The notes: generated by a model from the sequence alone, not told the origin. A DNA stretch of 53,745 nt from a virus (IMGVR_UViG_3300010400_000009:1-53745); one strand, 5' to 3'. Positions 10,708 through 17,497 are shown, counted from the first letter of the stretch. Numbers and translations are program-made.

Positions 10708-10743
10708 TATATTAATAAAACAAATAATAAAAAAGGTAACAAA

Positions 10744-11004
10744 ATGGCAAGACGCAACTATATACAAAAAAGTTCTGATAATGGAAGTAGCGAAATGAAA
10801 CGTTTGTTTACAATGGCAAACGAACAAATAACTATTTTAGAACTGCAATTACAAAATCTTGATGAAGGCGAATTAAAGAATGAAAAAAATCACAGCATAA
10901 GAAATGAAAAAAGAAATCCTATAGTTGAAAAAATAGAAAAATTAAAAGAAGCTAAATTAAATTATATTTTTTCATTATTTGCTAACGGCTGTATAGTTGA
11001 GTAA
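10744..11004 (+). CDS. Hypothetical coiled-coil protein (start reassigned to ATG 10744)
   Basis: The track start overlaps the promoter; AAGG RBS precedes 10744. Confidence 0.65.
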   Translation: MARRNYIQKSSDNGSSEMKRLFTMANEQITILELQLQNLDEGELKNEKNHSIRNEKRNPIVEKIEKLKEAKLNYIFSLFANGCIVE

Positions 11005-11085
11005 AAATCATGTACCCAAAATTGCAAAACGGGTACATGTTTTCAAAACATAGGTAAATAATGGAGGATTTACCCATAAAAAATA

Positions 11086-11325
11086 TTATTGATTAATAAT
11101 AGAATTGCTATCTGTAGGATTAGGTGTAGGCGTTGGATTAGGGTTGCTTACATCTGATTTATATTCTCTAACCTTACCAATTAAACCAGTTAAAAACTCT
11201 AATTGTTTTATTGTGCTTTCATTAAAACCGTTTTGGTCTAACTCATTACTTGCGTTCTCTGCAGTTTCTTTAATTTCTCTTAACACATCTTTTGTTAAAT
11301 CGCTTACGAATTGTTCTACTGCCAT
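11086..11325 (-). CDS. Hypothetical protein with PT-rich tail
   Basis: RBS AAGGGG; C-terminus NPNPTPTPNPT. Confidence 0.6.
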   Translation of the reverse strand: MAVEQFVSDLTKDVLREIKETAENASNELDQNGFNESTIKQLEFLTGLIGKVREYKSDVSNPNPTPTPNPTDSNSIINQ

Positions 11326-11479
11326 TTTTTGCCCCTTTATTTTAATACTTAAAAATATATCCGAGTTTTCATATTAGCAAATTTTGTATAAAAAATCTAT
11401 ACCTTATTTTATTATAGATTTAATGGCTTATTTTTACGCATTTTTTTATCTAGTTAAGGGTAACCTATATCTATTGCTT

Positions 11480-12175
11480 TTAAAGCGATTTTTGAGGCGT
11501 TTGCACGCTGAAATTGATTATATTTACTCTACCACCTTTCTTAATTGGTTCATATATAATTTTTAAATCTGTTACGTCGTTGATTTCTGCTATAGCTGGC
11601 TTTAATAGCATATTATTAAAATGTTTAAATTCTGCATAGCTTTTTTTATCTTTTGCTAGAAAATCATAAATAAATTTAAATGATAAATTGAAATTTTTAA
11701 ATTTAAATGTTTTAGATTTTATTAGCTCATACATTGGTAGGCTGTGAATTCCTTGCAACACATTTAATTTATTTAGGTCTAGCTCCGTATATCCATGCTC
11801 AATATTTTTTTTGCCCGCTGAGTTTTTATAATTAATATTTAAAAAATTAATTAGCTGGCTTGACATCTCAATTTGATAGTTGTTTCTAGTAGCTTTAACT
11901 GCTGAAATATAACAACTAAATTCATAATCCTCGTTTAGATTATTTTCTAATGAGAACATCTCATTTTTCATTAAGCCTAAAAATATTTTTTTTATTTGTG
12001 CATGTGAAAAATTAGAAGGGATAAAGTCGCCTAGCTCTTGCCTGCTTAAATTTATAATATTAGAAGTGAATTTTATTTTTGAAAATTCAAAGATTAGCTG
12101 ATTGAATAGTTTGCGTTGCAGGTTAGTTAGATTATTATTTGCAATTATTGCAAAATTAGGCTTATAGATTATCAT
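11480..12175 (-). CDS. repB: Plasmid replication initiator, Rep_3 (RepB) family
   Basis: Motifs LTNLQRKLF, YTELDL...SLPMYELIK and YAEFKHFNNMLLKPAIAEIN...YEPIKKGGRV...F; iterons nearby. Confidence 0.88.
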   Translation of the reverse strand: MIIYKPNFAIIANNNLTNLQRKLFNQLIFEFSKIKFTSNIINLSRQELGDFIPSNFSHAQIKKIFLGLMKNEMFSLENNLNEDYEFSCYISAVKATRNNYQIEMSSQLINFLNINYKNSAGKKNIEHGYTELDLNKLNVLQGIHSLPMYELIKSKTFKFKNFNLSFKFIYDFLAKDKKSYAEFKHFNNMLLKPAIAEINDVTDLKIIYEPIKKGGRVNIINFSVQTPQKSL

Positions 12176-12178
12176 AAA

Positions 12179-12850
12179 TTAATTATTTTTATATTTTGTC
12201 TGAAAATGATTTATTATATTTAATGCCGTTTTTAAATCATCTTTTAAAAGCTGGCTATATTTAACAATACCAAAATAATTATATAATCTATTATAGATTT
12301 TTTTTATAAAAAATGGTAATTCATCATCTGAATTTGCTAACTGGTATGCACGATTTTTAATACCATTTTGTAAAATTAGTTGCTCTTGAGGATTAATTGT
12401 ATCTGCTGTTAAATCCTCTATTTGATTTTCTAATTCATATATTTCATTTTCTAATTGAATTATTATATCGTTACGCCAGTCTATATGATATAGTAGTCTA
12501 TTTCTCTCAGTATCATACATACCAGTTTTTCTTATGGCTGGTAGAACTTCATTGAATACCCAATTTTGAAAATCTATAGCTTCTTTTTTATCAGAACGCA
12601 TAACTAAATAATATAATTGTGGTTCTGTTATAAATGTTGTTTCTTGTGTTCTACCCAGATTGTCAATTATGGGGTAGGTTTTACCGACCCCATCTTTAAA
12701 TCTTAATTTTAATCTAGTACTAATATCATTAATATTTTTAATATTTAAGAAATTGCATATATCTTTTAGACAAAATAATGGGCTGTCAAATGTGCCCAAT
12801 GTACGTAAATTTTTATTTTTAAAAGAAAAAACTTGAAGTTCGTTTATCAT
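12179..12850 (-). CDS. Bro-N family antirepressor with ORF6C-like C-terminus
   Basis: FCLKDIC, DNLGRTQETTFITEPQLY, RSDKKEAIDFQNWVFNEVLPAIRKTGMY. Confidence 0.9.
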   Translation of the reverse strand: MINELQVFSFKNKNLRTLGTFDSPLFCLKDICNFLNIKNINDISTRLKLRFKDGVGKTYPIIDNLGRTQETTFITEPQLYYLVMRSDKKEAIDFQNWVFNEVLPAIRKTGMYDTERNRLLYHIDWRNDIIIQLENEIYELENQIEDLTADTINPQEQLILQNGIKNRAYQLANSDDELPFFIKKIYNRLYNYFGIVKYSQLLKDDLKTALNIINHFQTKYKNN

Positions 12851-12872
12851 ATTTTATCGCTTGTTTATAGGG

Positions 12873-12952
12873 TGGGCTTGGAGCGGTAGTTCAGGTAAAG
12901 CGTACCCTCACTCCTGCCCATTGAAAAGTTTTATTGCGAACTACTGCAATAA
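12873..12952 (-). ncRNA. Structured leader RNA (hairpin plus junction, pseudoknot-capable) upstream of bro-rep
   Basis: On the minus strand, hairpin UUAUUGC/GCAAUAA has loop AGUAGUUC. A downstream UGGGC/GCCCA + GGAGUG/CGCUCC structure exposes the complementary GAACUAC. Confidence 0.6.
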
Positions 12953-12956
12953 GTAA

Positions 12957-12985
12957 ATTGTATATTTTTTTAATAAGCAAAGCAA
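12957..12985 (-). promoter_or_regulatory. Sigma70 promoter for leader-bro-rep
   Basis: TTGCTT-17-TACAAT on the minus strand; predicted start falls at the first hairpin. Confidence 0.65.
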
Positions 12986-13170
12986 GCCAATTTTTAATAA
13001 AAAAAGTTAGCTTAATTTTTTAAAAAAATACGTGCGTCTCGCGCGAAAATGTTTAAATAATCACAAGTGATTATTTTAGGTTTATAAATTATATTTCTTT
13101 TTTTTATATATTTCTCTTATTTTATCTTATTTGTTGAGGCGACGAGCCTTTTATTCATGCGTCATTTGGC

Positions 13171-13263
13171 GGTTTCAGGTAAAAGAAAAGTGGGTTTCAG
13201 GTAAAAGAAAAGTGGGTTTCAGGTAAAAGAAAAGTGGGTTTCAGGTAAAAGAAAAGTGGGTTT
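13171..13263. repeat. Iteron array, 4 x 22 bp (GGTTTCAGGTAAAAGAAAAGTG) plus partial copy; probable plasmid origin
   Basis: Exact tandem copies start at 13171, 13193, 13215 and 13237, followed by an AT-rich tract; a Rep_3 gene is nearby. Confidence 0.9.
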
Positions 13264-13345
13264 ATTTAAACTAATACATATTTATTTTATGCAATTAATT
13301 ATGTATCATCTACATATTTATTTATACAAAATAAATCATAATATA

Positions 13346-13374
13346 TTGCATAATTATTTATTTTTATATATAAT
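13346..13374 (+). promoter_or_regulatory. Sigma70 promoter for the replication operon
   Basis: TTGCAT-17-TATAAT. Confidence 0.65.
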
Positions 13375-13435
13375 GACTTCATAATAACAATAAGAGCATA
13401 GACAATTATTTTATAATTTTTAAAAGGAATGCATT

Positions 13436-13612
13436 ATGTCTGAAAAAAACGAAAATGAGGCTATTTTAAATAAGCTAGAAACCTTAGAAGACAAATTAAA
13501 CAATTTACATTCTACAATTCAAGAGGCTTTAGGTGTAAATATTGTTAAGGTATTAGAGAGCCACCAACGTTCAATAAATATTTTAAGTAAAAATAAGGAA
13601 GATAAAAAATGA
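13436..13612 (+). CDS. Small coiled-coil protein, 58 aa (not in ORF track)
   Basis: MSEKNENEAILNKLETLEDKLNNL...; RBS AAGGA; ATGA overlap with the next gene. Confidence 0.65.
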   Translation: MSEKNENEAILNKLETLEDKLNNLHSTIQEALGVNIVKVLESHQRSINILSKNKEDKK

Positions 13613-14391
13613 GTTTAATAGACGCTGCAAACAAAAGAAGGAATGATATTTTAAAAAATTTAATTAAGGAGCAAGTGCAACATTCTTTAGTACATATAAA
13701 TTTTATGAAGTTAGCCAAAAAATACAATGTTAATCGTAATGCCATAGCTAATGATATTAATTTTTTTTTAAAAAATAATATGCTTGAATGGTTTTTACCA
13801 AACGCACAGGTTTATAAGCTTGTTGGTGATAAAAAAACTATAAATAATGAATATCTACCACCTGCAGAAATTAAGCCCAAAATTGAAGCAGAGGCAGAGC
13901 CAAAAAAAATAAATGTTGCTAATAAAAAACAATCTGATAAAGATTTAGACTTTTCTTTAATAAATGTTGATTTTTTTAACGAATTAGAAATAAAATCTAT
14001 TCATGATTTTGTTGCACATAGGCAACAAATAAAAGAGCCATTTACAAAAATAGGATTTTCGGCATTTATTAATAAAGCAAAAAAATTTAAAGAAAAAAAA
14101 TATTGTTTAATACAATGTGTTGAAGACGCTATTGTTGGTTCATGGAAAAGTATTTATCCGCCAAAAAACTATAATAACAATAATGTAAATATTAGGCAGA
14201 TGACTTACAAAGAAATTGACGAGCATAATAGAATAGACGCACTAAGAAGAGATAGAGAAGCCATGAATATCGCAAATAATGCGGTAGAAAGTATTAGTGA
14301 TAAATGGGCGAATAAATATAAAAATAATATTAATGGAGAAAATGAAAATGACAATGGAAATTTACTTACAAGCACTTACAAAAATAGTTAA
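13609..14391 (+). CDS. Phage replication initiator (lambda O-like: N-terminal HTH plus conserved C-terminal domain)
   Basis: LAKKYNVNRNAIANDI HTH; FVAHRQQIKEPFT...CVEDAIVGSWKSIY. Confidence 0.65.
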   Translation: MSLIDAANKRRNDILKNLIKEQVQHSLVHINFMKLAKKYNVNRNAIANDINFFLKNNMLEWFLPNAQVYKLVGDKKTINNEYLPPAEIKPKIEAEAEPKKINVANKKQSDKDLDFSLINVDFFNELEIKSIHDFVAHRQQIKEPFTKIGFSAFINKAKKFKEKKYCLIQCVEDAIVGSWKSIYPPKNYNNNNVNIRQMTYKEIDEHNRIDALRRDREAMNIANNAVESISDKWANKYKNNINGENENDNGNLLTSTYKNS

Positions 14392-15028
14392 TGAATGTTT
14401 TTTTTTGTATCCAAAACAACAAATTTTTAACGCTTGGAATATAGAAAGTGCTCCTGATTTTTTTGAAAATAAAGCAGATTTATTATTAAAAAAAATAATT
14501 GAATTAAAAATACCAGCAAAATATTTAAAAGATATTACGCATAAATTACAAGAAAATTATGTAAAATATCCGCCTTCATTACTACAACTAATAGATTTAA
14601 TGAAGCCAGTGCATAATTACGAACGTTTATTTAGAACCACCCAGCAAAACGCCATAATTATACAACAATATTTAGACGGCTTAAATAGTCATAGTTTAGA
14701 TAAACTTTGTAAATTTTCTTATAATATTTATGAGAAAATGAAAAGCTTAAAAGGTATAAACATTATATCTAAACAATGGTGTAATGTAAACTGCGGGCAG
14801 ATGGATATAGAATTCAAAAATTGTTCTGATGAGTTTATTGAAGTTTTTAATTTAGTAGATTTTATACAAGAATGCGAACTTTTGCCTATTCCTGCACCAA
14901 TAATCAAAATTGATATTATTAAATCTAAGGCAGAATTAGAGGAAGAGGATAGGATAAATAAGGAAAACATAAAAATATTTAAAGAAGTAATGCAAAGCTT
15001 GTGCGAAAAATTTACTGTAAATACTTGA
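14342..15028 (+). CDS. Putative helicase loader (P-like)
   Basis: Follows the O-like gene; KYPPSLLQLI motif. Confidence 0.45.
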   Translation: MKMTMEIYLQALTKIVNECFFLYPKQQIFNAWNIESAPDFFENKADLLLKKIIELKIPAKYLKDITHKLQENYVKYPPSLLQLIDLMKPVHNYERLFRTTQQNAIIIQQYLDGLNSHSLDKLCKFSYNIYEKMKSLKGINIISKQWCNVNCGQMDIEFKNCSDEFIEVFNLVDFIQECELLPIPAPIIKIDIIKSKAELEEEDRINKENIKIFKEVMQSLCEKFTVNT

Positions 15029-15053
15029 CAAATATTCTACAAATATGTAGAAT
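15025..15053 (+). promoter_or_regulatory. Strong sigma70 promoter with overlapping inverted-repeat operator for the RNA/Ro60 operon
   Basis: TTGACA-17-TAGAAT; ATTCTACA-aata-TGTAGAAT at 15034-15053. Confidence 0.8.
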
Positions 15054-15060
15054 TATAAAT

Positions 15061-15129
15061 GTGATGTGCTGAAGCTTGCAGTTACTTATCTTGAAAATAA
15101 AACCAACTGTAAGCGATTGTTGCCGTTAT
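15061..15129 (+). ncRNA. Y-RNA-like unit 1
   Basis: Basal stem, internal loop UGCUGAA/GAUUGUUGC, 10-bp stem GCUUGCAGUU/AACUGUAAGC and conserved AGUUACUUA. Confidence 0.72.
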
Positions 15130-15133
15130 GTGA

Positions 15134-15198
15134 TTATGCGTGTTGAGTTATACAGTTACTTAATGCTATCTAGTCTGTATACATTTGTTACCGCATAA
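15134..15198 (+). ncRNA. Y-RNA-like unit 2
   Basis: Stem UUAUGCG/CGCAUAA, loop UGUUGA/AUUUGUUAC, stem AUACAG/CUGUAU and AGUUACUUA. Confidence 0.72.
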
Positions 15199-15208
15199 AT
15201 GATGATGT

Positions 15209-15273
15209 TTGCGTGCTGAAAAAAATAGTTACTTAATATGGTTTTAAAACACTATTTTTGCTTATTGCCGCAA
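15209..15273 (+). ncRNA. Y-RNA-like unit 3
   Basis: Stem UUGCG/CGCAA, loop UGCUGAA/GCUUAUUGC, stem AAAAAUAG/CUAUUUUU and AGUUACUUA. Confidence 0.72.
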
Positions 15274-15279
15274 TTAAAA

Positions 15280-15403
15280 TGAGTGGTGCAGTAAAAAGTT
15301 ACTTATACAATTGGACTGTTTACTCGGAGGTTCAATCCCTCTGCCATATTTTAAAATATGGTTCTTGGTTAGAGAGTTGTTACTTTTTACGCTTGTTCCC
15401 TCA
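15280..15403 (+). ncRNA. YrlA-like Y RNA (unit 4) with circularly permuted tRNA-mimic domain
   Basis: Stems UGAG/CUCA and GUAAAAAG/CUUUUUAC plus AGUUACUUA enclose a T-arm (GGAGG-UUCAAUC-CCUCU), a closed acceptor-like hairpin (15343-15362) and a D-like arm (UCU-UGGUU-AGA). Confidence 0.78.
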
Positions 15404-15408
15404 ACGTT

Positions 15409-15484
15409 AGCGGGGTAGAGAAGCAGTATCTCGTCGGTCTCATAAGCCGAAGGTCGCTGGTGCAATCCCAGCCCGCCGCTACCA
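15409..15484 (+). tRNA. tRNA-Met(CAT), initiator-like and atypical
   Basis: fMet-like body; anticodon arm UCGGU-CUCAUAA-GCCGA; T-loop UGCAAUC; encoded ACCA; extra G in the 3' acceptor strand. Confidence 0.85.
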
Positions 15485-15485
15485 T

Positions 15486-15561
15486 GGTTCTATAGTGTTA
15501 ATGGTTAGCACGTAGCATTGTCAATGCTATAGTGTGGGTTCGAACCCCACTAGAACCGCCA
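15486..15561 (+). tRNA. tRNA-Asp(GTC)
   Basis: Acceptor GGUUCUA/UAGAACC, G73, CCA; anticodon arm UAGCA-UUGUCAA-UGCUA; T-loop UUCGAAC. Confidence 0.92.
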
Positions 15562-15563
15562 TT

Positions 15564-15643
15564 GCTAACTTAGCTTAACAGTAAAGCAACTTTTGGCTTC
15601 GGCTTTGAGAAGTATATAGGTGCAATTCCTTTAGTTAGCTCCA
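15564..15643 (+). tRNA. tRNA-like RNA with Gly-like acceptor end and no canonical anticodon loop
   Basis: Acceptor GCUAACU/AGUUAGC, U73, CCA; D-stem GCUU/AAGC; extended anticodon arm capped by GGC-UUCG-GCU. Confidence 0.7.
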
Positions 15644-15665
15644 ACAATCACAGCATATTATCCAA

Positions 15666-15681
15666 TGTTTCACGTGAAACA
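15666..15681. promoter_or_regulatory. parS: parS consensus site 1
   Basis: TGTTTCACGTGAAACA, intergenic. Confidence 0.85.
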
Positions 15682-15707
15682 ATTTAACATTTAAGGATTA
15701 AATTAAT

Positions 15708-17027
15708 ATGCAAACTAATACCAAAAATCAAAATACAAACCATGAAGGCACAGTCATTCAAGTTATACCTCCATTTATTGAATTAAAACGGGCGGTAATG
15801 ACAACTTTATTAGGCGAAAATACTTTTTATGAAAGCGGTCAATCTGTAAAGGCTAGAATTAGCGAGTTAGTGCATAAATGTGAATTTGACGCAGTGCTAG
15901 ACTTAGCTATTGAAAGCAAAGAGCAAGCGAATTTAAGACATGCACCACTTTTAATATTAAAAGAATTAGCTAAACATGCAGGCTTAAAAGATTTTAACAA
16001 TGCCAAAGCATACCGCAATGCAATATTTAGGGTTTGCACACGTGCCGACGACTTAACCGAACTATTGGCTATGTACTGGGAAGGCGGACGTAAACCTATA
16101 GCTAAACAATTAAAATTAGGTTTAGCTCAAGCCTTCACAAAATTTAATGAATATGCATTAGGTAAATACAATCGTGATAAAGCAGTAAAATTAAAAGATG
16201 TTTTATTTATGGTTCATGCTAAACCAAAAGATACAGCACAGGCTGAATTATGGAAGCGTCTTATTGATAATAAACTCGCAACGCCTGATACATGGGAAGT
16301 TGCTTTGTCTGCTGGAAAAGATAAAAAAGAAACGTGGACAAGATTATTAAATGAAAATAAGCTAGGCTATTTAGCAGTACTTAGAAATTTAAGAAATATG
16401 CGAGATGTTGGCGTAGATGATAATTTAATAAAAGATAAATTAATAAATTCAAAAGGAAAAGAAAAAATACTACCGCACCAGTTTATAGCGGCCGCTTGTG
16501 TAAATCCTAGTCTTGAAAATTCTATAAATGACGCTTTACTTGAAAATTTATCTAATCATGAAAAATTAAAAGGTAAAACAATTATTTTAGTTGATGTATC
16601 GGGTTCTATGGAAAGCAAACTATCGGAAAAATCGGAAATGCGACTAATTGAAGCAGGTGCGGGAGTTGCTGCAATATGCCGTGAAATTTGCGAACAGGTT
16701 GAAATATTTGCATTTAGTAATGATGTTAGAGAAGTTCCTGCACGTCAAGGCATGGCTTTAATTGATAAATTAAAATCTATGTTAGGCGGCGGTACAAGTT
16801 TAGGCAAAGCAATAGATTTTTTGAATACTAAAGATTATGATAGAATTATTGTAATTACCGACGAACAGTCAAGCGACAAAGTGCAAGCTCCTAAAGGCAA
16901 GGGTTATATTGTAAATATTGCCCCTTATAAAATGCAGATAGGTTTCGGGGAATGGATTAGAATTAATGGGTTTAGTCAAAACTTAATTAAATATATTTTA
17001 GAACACGAGAAAGAAGGTATAGTATAG
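15708..17027 (+). CDS. rsr: Ro60/Rsr (TROVE plus vWA domain) RNA-binding protein
   Basis: NHEG, LLGENTFYESG, NLRHAP, RADDLTELLA, KFNEYALGKY, TPDTWEVALS, LRNLRN; MIDAS DVSGS and ITDEQ. Confidence 0.93.
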   Translation: MQTNTKNQNTNHEGTVIQVIPPFIELKRAVMTTLLGENTFYESGQSVKARISELVHKCEFDAVLDLAIESKEQANLRHAPLLILKELAKHAGLKDFNNAKAYRNAIFRVCTRADDLTELLAMYWEGGRKPIAKQLKLGLAQAFTKFNEYALGKYNRDKAVKLKDVLFMVHAKPKDTAQAELWKRLIDNKLATPDTWEVALSAGKDKKETWTRLLNENKLGYLAVLRNLRNMRDVGVDDNLIKDKLINSKGKEKILPHQFIAAACVNPSLENSINDALLENLSNHEKLKGKTIILVDVSGSMESKLSEKSEMRLIEAGAGVAAICREICEQVEIFAFSNDVREVPARQGMALIDKLKSMLGGGTSLGKAIDFLNTKDYDRIIVITDEQSSDKVQAPKGKGYIVNIAPYKMQIGFGEWIRINGFSQNLIKYILEHEKEGIV

Positions 17028-17272
17028 AACCTAACGCATTAGATGATATTAGCTCTAATGCACAACTAGAGCTAATTAAGTTCATCAAAGCCGAGCGGCA
17101 AAAGCAAGATATTAATCCGCACAAACTAAGTTTTTTAGCTGGCGGAATTAATATTTATCGCTTTGAAAATAACACACATAATCATAAATTAAAGGATATT
17201 ATTAAAATTCTTAATATTTTAGGCTATACTTTGGATATAAAACATTTAAAAAAAAAGGTAAATCATGGATAA
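17024..17272 (+). CDS. XRE-family HTH regulator, probable ATA start (not in ORF track)
   Basis: Open frame reads ...LIKFIKAERQKQDINPHKLSFLAGGINIYRFENNTHNHKLKDIIKILNILGYTL... There is an in-frame TAA at 16988 and no ATG/GTG/TTG ahead of the HTH. GAAGG lies 6 nt before an ATA that overlaps the Ro60 stop. Confidence 0.65.
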   Translation: MEPNALDDISSNAQLELIKFIKAERQKQDINPHKLSFLAGGINIYRFENNTHNHKLKDIIKILNILGYTLDIKHLKKKVNHG

Positions 17273-17495
17273 AATTATAAAATATAGCATGTTATTAGTA
17301 TCAGTAATTGTTACTGGTTTAATATTTTTGCTCGGGTTTGCTGTTTATGATGAGATGACTTTTAAAGATAAAACAGATAAATTCATTACGGCGAATAACT
17401 GCAAAGGCACAAATAACGCAGTTGGTACACGCTATACTGTGCAGCAGGAATTTATTTGTAAGGATTATCAGTCTTTTTGGTTAAGAGTTAAATAA
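17265..17495 (+). CDS. Small membrane-anchored protein with two Cys
   Basis: N-terminal TM segment; RBS AAGG. Confidence 0.65.
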   Translation: MDKIIKYSMLLVSVIVTGLIFLLGFAVYDEMTFKDKTDKFITANNCKGTNNAVGTRYTVQQEFICKDYQSFWLRVK

Positions 17496-17497
17496 TT

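Noticed and set aside
11009-11073. Cluster of short inverted repeats
   Set aside because: It sits between convergent genes and is adequately explained as terminator-like hairpins.
12671-12691. GC hairpin GGGGTAGGTTTTACCGACCCC
   Set aside because: It lies inside the Bro-N coding region, is imperfect, and has no support as an independent element.
13171-13263. CRISPR array
   Set aside because: The repeats are contiguous with no spacers, there are no cas genes, and an adjacent Rep_3 gene fits iterons.
15061-15403. CRISPR-like repeat-spacer array
   Set aside because: Conservation is structural with short motifs rather than identical repeats; there are no cas genes, and Ro60 context explains it better.
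15274-15465. 63-aa minus-strand ORF
   Set aside because: It is antisense to the Y-like RNA and tRNA-Met and is a shadow ORF.
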